Source: Fimicolochytrium jonesii
Taxonomy: Eukaryota
DNA: 25,799 nucleotides
Assembly (NCBI RefSeq): GCF_025526975.1
Contig: NW_026515692.1
Coordinates: 434,001 to 459,799, forward strand
Reading direction: 5' to 3'
Position 1 is the first letter of the stretch. Every line of letters begins with the position of its first letter. The notes under the pieces are model-generated. The model was not told the DNA's origin. It saw nothing but the letters and a program-made list of their open reading frames with translations, and did no database searches. This document shows positions 10,166-18,471 of the stretch, piece after piece. The position numbers were made by a program, and so were the translations under genes.

Positions 10166-11041
10166 ATGTCAGACCCCTCTATAGAAAACGCGATGGAAAA
10201 CGCAGTCATCACAATCGAGCAGCGCATCGACAAAGACCTGATGAGCTGTGTCATCTGTTTGGATGAGCTCGACTTTCCCATTATTCAATGCTCAAATGGA
10301 CCGCATTTCATATGTGCGGCGTGCGTTCCAAGAATCGACAAATGCCCAGTTTGTATGAGCGGAGGCTTCCTACACAATCGTCACCTCGAAAACCAGCTGA
10401 TGCCCTTTGCAACATCTTGCACGGTCCCAGGCTGCGATCGCAAGTGCCTTCCTTGGGCAATAAAAAGTCATGAGCGCCGATGCGCTCATAGCTTATTTCC
10501 CTGCTTTATCTGCGGGAAACAGGTCTCTCTCCATGGTCTCGCAAAGCATTACAGCAGCGAATGCTCATGTGTGTATCAGGTGCACGACCGTTCAGGGCAT
10601 CAAAGAGAAAGCCTTTTAACAATAGGCAGCTTGCATCCCGTCTTGCCTTTAAGAGACGAAAACAGCATATGCCTCTACTCTCAGGGCGTTTACCTTTTAT
10701 GCAAGCCGATAGGTGGGAACTTAAGCGAGCACCCTTATTGGGGCGTCGTTGCTGTACAAAAGCCGCGCAACACGCCGACAGCAGAACCTCCTTTTGTAAC
10801 GCTTCGCGTCCACGACAAGACTGGGCAATCTTTGTCGTTTTTGTCGGTAACAATCAGAGCATTTAACGAGCTGAAACACGTTACGGCAGCGCATGCAGCC
10901 CTTATCCCCGCCATCAGCAATGACACGGAGCTCCATTGTAGTGTTCAAAGCAATAACATCTGGTTTTCCCCGCTATCAGGCATCCACTACGACGATGCGA
11001 CAGATAATGACGATGACCTCGACAACGACGATGCGACATGA
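10166..11041 (+). CDS. SINA/SIAH-like RING E3 ubiquitin ligase with TRAF-type zinc fingers
   Basis: C3HC4 RING CVIC..IIQCSNGPHFICAAC..CPVC followed by NRHLE and C/H zinc fingers (CTVPGC..HERRC..CFIC..HYSSEC); intronless; TATA-like TATATCTATAA upstream. Confidence 0.8.
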   Translation: MSDPSIENAMENAVITIEQRIDKDLMSCVICLDELDFPIIQCSNGPHFICAACVPRIDKCPVCMSGGFLHNRHLENQLMPFATSCTVPGCDRKCLPWAIKSHERRCAHSLFPCFICGKQVSLHGLAKHYSSECSCVYQVHDRSGHQRESLLTIGSLHPVLPLRDENSICLYSQGVYLLCKPIGGNLSEHPYWGVVAVQKPRNTPTAEPPFVTLRVHDKTGQSLSFLSVTIRAFNELKHVTAAHAALIPAISNDTELHCSVQSNNIWFSPLSGIHYDDATDNDDDLDNDDAT

Positions 11042-11061
11042 CATGAAAAATGTGCTAATTT

Positions 11062-11739
11062 TCATCCGGGTCTCAGATTACCATAATCGACCCAGAATGC
11101 TATCACCTCCAAAAGCTCGTTCTTGCTCCCTTTAAACCACTCGCAATGTCCTTTGGTGGTTTTACAGCAGCACTCGATATGACCAAGCCATTTGTTTTTT
11201 GTCTTTAGTTCATTGTGTATCAAGCGCTCGCACAAGCGATGGCGGCTTACCTTCCAATACCCTTCTAAAGTAATAGGTTGTTTGCATTGCCTCTCCCACT
11301 GTTTTCCGCGCTTTACCGGTCCCACCTTTGTGTTTGTACAACCGATTTTATACTGTTCCAGTTCTACGGATTGATTTCCACTTTTCCGAAACATATATAT
11401 ATACCCCGGTTCGTCGTTGCCTTTTTCCTTGTCGGACAGCAGTACGCTAAGAACGCGAAGACAACTGTGTCCCTTTAGCCGATCGGCAATCAAATTTAAA
11501 TCATGATCTGGTGAGCAACGTTTTGATGTGCGGACAGGGACAGGTGGCGGCTCAATACAAATAGGACCCAAAGGTTGCGGTAAATGGGTCTGCGATTCTA
11601 ACGCTTGAGATTGCGATTGCAACCACTTGTTGCGCAATACTACTACAACCTTCTGGGGCAGAACGGACTTGATAAATAGGAAAAGTAAAGCACATATTGC
11701 TAGTAATTTAACGTGTCGCCAAAACTCGCATCTACGCAT
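11062..11739 (-). CDS. T5orf172/Mug113 (GIY-YIG-like) domain protein with a hydrophobic N-terminal segment
   Basis: PGYIYMF..YKIGCT..R..QW..C..ERLIHNEL..C..H.EWF motif series; N-terminal LLAICALLFLFI. Confidence 0.8.
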   Translation of the reverse strand: MRRCEFWRHVKLLAICALLFLFIKSVLPQKVVVVLRNKWLQSQSQALESQTHLPQPLGPICIEPPPVPVRTSKRCSPDHDLNLIADRLKGHSCLRVLSVLLSDKEKGNDEPGYIYMFRKSGNQSVELEQYKIGCTNTKVGPVKRGKQWERQCKQPITLEGYWKVSRHRLCERLIHNELKTKNKWLGHIECCCKTTKGHCEWFKGSKNELLEVIAFWVDYGNLRPG

Positions 11740-11838
11740 CTTACTGTTTCACCACAAATTACTGTAGCGACAGTGCGCCCGCATGTAGCGTGTTGTGTAC
11801 TTTTACGACGTGCGAATAATTAGAGCTCTGAGGTATAC

Positions 11839-12242
11839 TGCGAATAAATGGGCAACTCTTAATTTCGGCTTTATGCAAATTTGAATGATTAAATAATAAA
11901 AAGAAACAGATACTGAAAATAAATAGGCAACGTCTATGTCAGCTTTAGGCAGAATTGAATAATAAATAATAAAATAAATTAGATAATGCGAATAAATGGG
12001 CAACTCTTAATTTCGGTTTTTACGCAAAACTGAAAGATTGAATAATTAAATAATAAAAAGAAACAGATACTGAAAATAAATAGGCAACGTCTATGTCAGC
12101 TTTAGGCAAAATTGAATAATAATGCGAATAAATGGACAACTCTTAATTTCGGTTTTTACGCACAACTGAAAGATCGAATAATAAAAAATCGAAATGATGC
12201 ATATAAATAGGGAACGTCTAATGTCAGCTTTAGGCAAAATTG
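11839..12242 (+). repeat. AT-rich diverged tandem repeat, 3 copies (148- and 136-bp spacing)
   Basis: TGCGAATAAATGG..CAACTCTTAATTTCGG..ACGTCTA..TGTCAGCTTTAGGCA starting at 11839, 11987, 12123. Confidence 0.9.
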
Positions 12243-12797
12243 GATAAATGAACGACCAGAAGATAAGAACATCGAAATAATATATTGAGCTTGTTTTAAC
12301 TTCAAAACTTTCCAACAACCAGCGGATCCTCTTCCAATTAGTTGGTCCTGCGGTTGCAGGTGGTGCCTCACCTCCCTAAAACCTCTGGACGCACTCTATT
12401 ATCCAAGTGAGTACCGTTCCTTTATTTATTATTTTTTCCACAAATAGTGTAAAGAAAAATAAGAGTCCATAGGGTCTAGGGCTTTGCCGTCTTCAATAGT
12501 TTTGTATAAAAAGTCGGAAATAAATCGAAAAATTGACAATACAATCAATTTCTCAACCTATACAGCAGTATATATAGAAAAGTTTCAAGAGCGGGCTCAA
12601 CCCCTGAGCCCATGGACGCAAATTTATGGAACCGTTTTCCCCTACATGTCGGTACAGATTCGACTTACATATCGTCTGCCTGACTCGATGAATGGAGGGC
12701 GTCCACAGGTGGGAGCTCGCCAGCGTTTCCTGAGCTGTCAGAATTCTGCTCTTCTGTTCACTGAGTCATCACCGAAATCTGGAAGATTCCCGGGGTT

Positions 12798-12848
12798 ATG
12801 CCCCATATGCCCCATATGCCCCACATGCCCCATATGCCCCACATGCCC
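12798..12848 (+). repeat. 9-bp tandem repeat (ATGCCCCAY) x5.7
   Basis: Read directly; about 150 nt upstream of the Rep-like ORF. Confidence 0.9.
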
Positions 12849-13001
12849 AAGAAGCAGGGCATTGTAGACCTGCACGACTTAGCCATGACAACAAGAATTT
12901 GATTTAGTGTGAACACACGATTTACAACCCTCACCCTGCCATCCGTCCTTCCTACGCACACACGCGCACACAAACACATACAAACACACCTTTCAGCGGC
13001 A

Positions 13002-13439
13002 ATGAACGGCTCCGTAGACCCTTTCAAAGAAGTCGCAAAGTTTACAGACTATGCCGACTTCAAGCAGTGGTGCTCCCACAACAAACTCCCCCGTGGATAC
13101 GCAAAGGCAGTTTGGGATTTCCACGAGAAGGAAGCCCGCGATATGGAATATAAACGCGAACGGCGCCACAACATTTTCGAGGACGGCGACCCTATCGCTG
13201 GAACCATCACGTCCCCTGCACTGCTCGACCTTCGCTTCGACGCACCCATCCGCAAGACCCTTGTTCTTGTCGGTCCAGCCGGTTCCGGGAAGGTTCGATG
13301 GGTTCTCGAAAACAGCCCCAAGCCGATCTACATCATTCGTTCCCCAAGCGACCTCCGCGGCTTCAGCAAGTTCCTGCAGCTTACAGGACTGTTCCGGGTT
13401 ATGGGTTATATTTGGTGGTCCGGAAAGTGTCAAAAATAG
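13002..13439 (+). pseudogene. Truncated CRESS-DNA-virus-like Rep (SF3 helicase) fragment; endogenous viral element
   Basis: KTLVLVGPAGSGKVRWVLENSPKPIYIIRSPSDLRGF has a Walker A (GKT>GKV) and the following W..KP..DL.F pattern seen in CRESS Reps. No HUH domain and no in-frame Walker B; the ORF runs into the array unit at 13381. Confidence 0.65.
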
Positions 13440-13864
13440 GTGCTAGCAATGTTCAGGGGCGTCTTACTGTACTGTACATAAAATTTTGGGGCATGTTTTC
13501 CACTCAATGCTCCCGGAAAATCCGTTTTTCAGATTTTTTACTATGAAAATGTGACCAAAACGCATTTTCTGAAACTCTGAGTGGATGGAATTTGCTTAAA
13601 GTGGAATATGTCTCAGAAAACATCCCCAAAAACATCTAGGAACCTTCATCTACTCTAGTATTCATCAACTCCTGGCACTTTTTGTTTCCAGGCAATATGG
13701 GGGTGTTCTCCAGTTGGCGGCGAATGACTCATTTTGGTTTGCTCTCAATTTGCTACATGTTCAAATCCTTTTGAGGCCCAAATACTTTCTTTTCTTCCAC
13801 TGCTCCTCCTGATGGTGGAGGATGGCAAATGCCTTTTTGCATTGCAATACATGGATATGACAGG

Positions 13865-14450
13865 GTGTTTGTCAACCAGCAAATCATGCAAAAAGCATGC
13901 AGTGCATGTCCGTTTGCATGCACTATGTCATCCGCACCACCTTGGACACCTGAGGAAAGTTGTGCGGATTTGAAAGATAATATAGTTACGGAAGTGGAAC
14001 CAGGGAGATTCAATGACTATTGAAGGAGCTATGGCACACGTAAGTCCCCAGGGGTGGGACTTAGAGAATTTTCAAAGATTTTGGTGACTCATGGCGCAGG
14101 TTTGATTCTCAGAGGGGGCCAGGCCTTCTTTTCTTTTTTTCCTCCTTCAAAATGTCTTCAAATACGTCTAGCATTGCTTGACAGTGTCAGGAAACAATCA
14201 AAAAGCTGAGAAGTGCAGGTAAAAAGTGTTTTTGGCCGATCTACAAGCAAAACATGCGAAAAACCGGCGGTGCGTGTCCATTCGCATGCACTACATCATC
14301 CGTTCCACCTTGGCCATCCAAGGCAATGGTGCGGATTCAAAAGATAGTATAGGTACGGAAGGGCAACCAGGGAGATTCAATCACTATTGACAGAGCTATG
14401 GCACCCGCAAGCTCCAATGGGTGGGACTTAGAGAATTTTCGAAAATTTTG
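13865..14450 (+). repeat. Pair of diverged ~200-bp hairpin-rich modules upstream of each 545-aa ORF copy
   Basis: CCACCTTGG..GCGGATT..ACCAGGGAGATTCAAT..AGCTATGGCAC..GTGGGACTTAG at about 13865-14080 and 14226-14450; again at about 16729-16862 (partial) and 17055-17280, and in the later units. Confidence 0.85.
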
Positions 14451-14501
14451 CATTTTGCGCCGTCTGGTTGACCTGACCAAACACAGGTAACATTCAACCG
14501 A

Positions 14502-14590
14502 CAGACATTGGCATAGTGGCAAGTGCTAATGTTATCTGAACTAGTGCCCCAAGTTCCAACCCCGGTTTTGCTGGGGATACTTTTTTTTTT
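14502..14590 (+). ncRNA. Degenerate tRNA-like / Pol III promoter-like element, also at +2830, +5091, +7358 and +10188
   Basis: A-box TGGCATAGTGG at 14509-14519 with a D-arm GCAT/GTGC; T-loop-like GTTCCAACC at 14553-14561 at tRNA spacing; T10 run at 14581-14590. Anticodon and acceptor stems pair poorly. Confidence 0.35.
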
Positions 14591-14983
14591 CTTTTTCCCG
14601 CGCCACCCGAAACACGATGTGGGCGTAACGAAAGTTGTAGCCAGATATATGTTCTCATAGTTAAAGTCATCTCAGATGTGCAATTAAGCTGTAAACGGCT
14701 GCAGAAAATGCAAAAAACAAAATAGGATTGACGCTTTTCTCAAAATCCAACACCACCTGGAATGCATTAAAGCCAGTCCATACACATGTCCTTTACCTAG
14801 GAACCCCCTACAGATGAATTCCCATAGTCCCCGGACACCCATAGCGCACTCTATACAACTCTACTATGCACGCATACTGGTTAGGGTTAGCCTGCGCCCT
14901 ATCTGGCGAATACGTTTTCAATGCATTTCATCGATGGCAAATAGCGCAGTTGCATAAGATACTCAATTCACAACCGAGGGTGC

Positions 14984-16621
14984 ATGGTTCAAACCTTGCG
15001 TTCGACACAACAACAGAGGGATTTTTCCGGGGGCAAAATAAATATCACCATGCACCCATATCAATACGATGTGGACTGGATGGCGGTTACGATCAGTTTA
15101 ACTGATCTTAACCAGCTGTTCGATAGGTCCACCATTGTCCAAATGGCGGGCGCTCGTCCGCCGTTCAAGGATGACCCATTCTATAAGGAATGGATTACGG
15201 TTGTGAGCCAACCGTTCATACTGAGCATCCCGCCGAGTCGGGGTGTTAGAGAGGGGATCATTGAGGGATTATATAGGGACCATGGAATAATTGTGCGGGG
15301 GAGTGACAGCCCTAATAGCACGATTCAGGGCAGACAGCATGTGGCGTTGGATACCCTGATTGGGACCTTGTCGGAATGCGTTGAAGGGGGAATGGTTAGG
15401 ATAGTGCAGTACGGGATGAAGGCTTACTGGGAGACCATGGCAGCGAAGGATGCGGTCTACGAGAGTTCAGGGGGCCGGTCGAATACCTTCGACATAGGAT
15501 TGATGATCAGGAGCATGGATATCCCGGTGCTGAGGGGACGAGATGAGGCAGGGGATGAGACGTTCCCAATGTTCGGGCCCTTGGGGAAGGGATTTGGGAG
15601 TGTAAGCTTCGATGAGGGCCTAGTTTCAGTGACAGTGTACCCAAGAATCGTACATGCTCTCAAAGCCTACGCATCGAATATATCGATGAAGACTCCGAAG
15701 GTGATGAGGAGTTTGAGGGGACGGAAGGAAACCTTGGGGGGCCTGAGGCGATGGTTAAGAGGGAATATGGGGAAGTTGGGGGGAGTCAGGATTGAGGCTA
15801 GAGTGCAAGCCCCTACCGTAGCAGCGGCGATTAAGGTGGTGGAGGGCCTCAAGATCCTTGACCTTGAGACGGTGGTTGGAATCCTGGGAGAAGAATCGGT
15901 TCGACTAGTACAGGTGGAAGACTACCTTCGAAACCTGGATGAGATCTGGATAGCAGCAAAGGAGCGCGTATTCAGAGGCAGTCGAGACACCCAGGCGGTA
16001 ACACCTGAGCAAGCCCAGCGATTCAGAGATGTGCTCAACGCTTTCGGGTTCAACCCAGGCTGGAGGAAAAGGCAGGCACCTACCATTACCAAAGATGGTG
16101 CCTGGTGGTTGAGCCCGGAGGCTGGGCTACCACCTGCGGTTGAGCAGGATCCCCGAGCGGAGTTGGAGGAGTTGTACAGTCAGTATGGGGCACAGCTTAG
16201 ATGCGAATGTGGAGGAAGCATATTCCATAAGGTGGGGGGGAAGAAGGAGTTCAGATTGAGGTGCGCCAGATACACCCATGCATTGTGTAGTGAAACCTGG
16301 AGGGCAAACCAGATAAGGGATAGGATTGAGGAAGTGATTAGGGTACACCGGGAAGCTGAGGATAGGGAAGCTCAAGAGAGGGAGGCAGCCCAGCAGCGAG
16401 AGGCTGGAGATTCAGCAAGACGGGACCAAGTGGCAGAGGCCAAGGAGGATATCACAGCAAGGGCGAAGTTCAGGAAGCATAGTAGGGGGGAGCGGTGGAA
16501 TTGGGTACGAGGTTCAGGATTAGTGGGAAGTACCTGGTATGGCAGCATAGAGGAATGTGTGGATGCAATCTGGGAGGAGTTTGGGGAGAATTGGGAGCAG
16601 CATGTAATGATACGATTGTAA
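14984..16621 (+). CDS. 545-aa element-encoded protein; tentative Rep_trans-like core plus C-terminal Zn ribbon
   Basis: Long intronless ORF; motifs YDVDWMAVT, QYGMK, FDIG, VTVYP, GGVRIEARV; C407xC409..C427..C435. The ORF is secure, the product assignment is inference. Confidence 0.85.
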   Translation: MVQTLRSTQQQRDFSGGKINITMHPYQYDVDWMAVTISLTDLNQLFDRSTIVQMAGARPPFKDDPFYKEWITVVSQPFILSIPPSRGVREGIIEGLYRDHGIIVRGSDSPNSTIQGRQHVALDTLIGTLSECVEGGMVRIVQYGMKAYWETMAAKDAVYESSGGRSNTFDIGLMIRSMDIPVLRGRDEAGDETFPMFGPLGKGFGSVSFDEGLVSVTVYPRIVHALKAYASNISMKTPKVMRSLRGRKETLGGLRRWLRGNMGKLGGVRIEARVQAPTVAAAIKVVEGLKILDLETVVGILGEESVRLVQVEDYLRNLDEIWIAAKERVFRGSRDTQAVTPEQAQRFRDVLNAFGFNPGWRKRQAPTITKDGAWWLSPEAGLPPAVEQDPRAELEELYSQYGAQLRCECGGSIFHKVGGKKEFRLRCARYTHALCSETWRANQIRDRIEEVIRVHREAEDREAQEREAAQQREAGDSARRDQVAEAKEDITARAKFRKHSRGERWNWVRGSGLVGSTWYGSIEECVDAIWEEFGENWEQHVMIRL

Positions 16622-17813
16622 TAGATTGACTACAAGTGTGTAATACAATATCTGGGTAAACATGTGGGTGGAAATATTTTTGCTTCCCGTGAGAAGGTGT
16701 CTACTATACAACACTTCATCAGTTCAAACCGTACCACCTTGGACACCCAAGAAAAGTTGTGCGGATTCAAAAGATGGTATAGTTATGGAAGTGGAACCAG
16801 GGAGATTCAATGACTATTGAACAAGCTATGGCACACGTAAGTTCCTAGGAGTGGGACTTAGCACAATTTGAGAAAACATATCAGAGGAACTGGAGAACAC
16901 ACTCCTGGGGACTTAGCAAATTGGCGCAGGTTCGATTCTCAGAGGGAGCAAGGCCTTCTTTTCTTTTTTTCTCCTTCAAAACATCTTCAAATGTGTCTAG
17001 GAGTCCTCAACAGTGTCAGGAAATGATCAAAAAGCTGAGAAGTGCAGGCAAAAAGTGTTTTTGGCCTGTCGACAAGCAAAATATGCGAAAAGCATGCGGT
17101 GCGTGTCCATTTGCATGCCCTACGTCATCCGTACCACCTTGGACACCCAAAGAAAGTTGCGCGGATTCAAAAGATAGTATAGTTACGGAAGTGGAACCAG
17201 GGAGATTCAATCACTGTTGACAGAGCTATGGCACCCGCAAGCTCCAATGGGTGGGACTTAGAGAATTTTCGAAAATTTTGCATTTTGCGCCGTCTGGTTG
17301 ACCCGACCAAACACAGGTAACATTCTACCGACAGACATTGGCATAGTGGCAAGTGCTAATGTTATCTGAACTACTGCCCCAAGTTCCAACCCCGGTTTTG
17401 CTGGGGATACTTTTTTTTTTCTTTTTCCTGTGCCACCCGAAACACGATGTGGGCGTAACGAAAGTTGTAGCCAGATATATGTTCTCATAGTTAAAGTCAT
17501 CTCAGATGCGCAATTAAGCTGTAAACGGCTGCAGAAAATGCAAAAAACAAAATAGGATTGACGCTTTTCTCAAAATCCAACACCACCTGGAATGCATTAA
17601 AGCCAGTCCATACACATGTCCTTTACCTAGGAACCCCCTACAGATGAATTCCCATAGTCCCCGGACACCCATAGCGCACTCTATACAACTCTACTATGCA
17701 CGCATACTGGTTAGGGTTAGCCTGCGCCCTATCTGGCGAATACGTTTTCAATGCATTTCATCGATGGCAAATAGCGCAGTTGCATAAGATACTCAATTCA
17801 CAACCGAGGGTGC

Positions 17814-18338
17814 ATGGTTCAAACCTTGCGTTCGACACAACAACAGAGGGATTTTTCCGGGGGCAAAATAAATATCACCATGCACCCATATCAATACGAT
17901 GTGGACTGGATGGCGGTTACGATCAGTTTAACTGATCTTAACCAGCTGTTCGATAGGTCCACCATTGTCCAAATGGCGGGCGCTCGTCCGCCGTTCAAGG
18001 ATGACCCATTCTATAAGGAATGGATTACGGTTGTGAGCCAACCGTTCATACTGAGCATCCCGCCGAGTCGGGGTGTTAGAGAGGGGATCATTGAGGGATT
18101 ATATAGGGACCATGGAATAATTGTGCGGGGGAGTGACAGCCCTAATAGCACGATTCAGGGCAGACAGCATGTGGCGTTGGATACCCTGATTGGGACCTTG
18201 TCGGAATGCGTTGAAGGGGGAATGGTTAGGATAGTGCAGTACGGGATGAAGGCTTACTGGGAGACCATGGCAGCGAAGGATGCGGTCTACGAGAGTTCAG
18301 GGGGCCGGTCGAATACCTTCGACATAGGATTGATGATC
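17814..18338 (+). pseudogene. Copy of the 545-aa ORF truncated after codon 175 by telomere addition
   Basis: Matches 14984-15508, then one C and (TTAGGG)22. Confidence 0.9.
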
Positions 18339-18339
18339 C

Positions 18340-18471
18340 TTAGGGTTAGGGTTAGGGTTAGGGTTAGGGTTAGGGTTAGGGTTAGGGTTAGGGTTAGGGT
18401 TAGGGTTAGGGTTAGGGTTAGGGTTAGGGTTAGGGTTAGGGTTAGGGTTAGGGTTAGGGTTAGGGTTAGGG
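18340..18471 (+). repeat. Interstitial telomeric tract (TTAGGG)22
   Basis: 132 nt of perfect repeat. Confidence 0.98.

Larger units (their letters stand above)
13381..18471 (+). mobile_element. Telomere-associated repeat unit, long form, copy 1 (5091 bp including the TTAGGG tract)
   Basis: Starts TTACAGGACTGTTCCGGG; that start recurs at 18472, 20739 and about 25783. Contains an internal direct repeat of 2830-bp period (ORFs at 14984 and 17814). Confidence 0.85.

Noticed and set aside
12484..12867. ORF ending in CPICPICPTC, resembling a metal-binding motif
   Set aside because: Produced by the 9-bp tandem repeat; non-ATG start and no other coding signal.
13920..13990. Hammerhead-like CTGAGGA...GAAA with flanking complementarity in module 1
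   Set aside because: No NUH cleavage triplet or proper stem I, and CTGA is not conserved in the other module copies.
13734..14522. Short ORFs in the non-coding part of the repeat unit
   Set aside because: Starts and stops are not conserved between diverged module copies.
13381..18471. Telomere-targeting non-LTR or Penelope-like retroelement (MoTeR, SART, Athena type)
   Set aside because: No RT or endonuclease motifs, no poly(A) tail and no variable 5' truncations.
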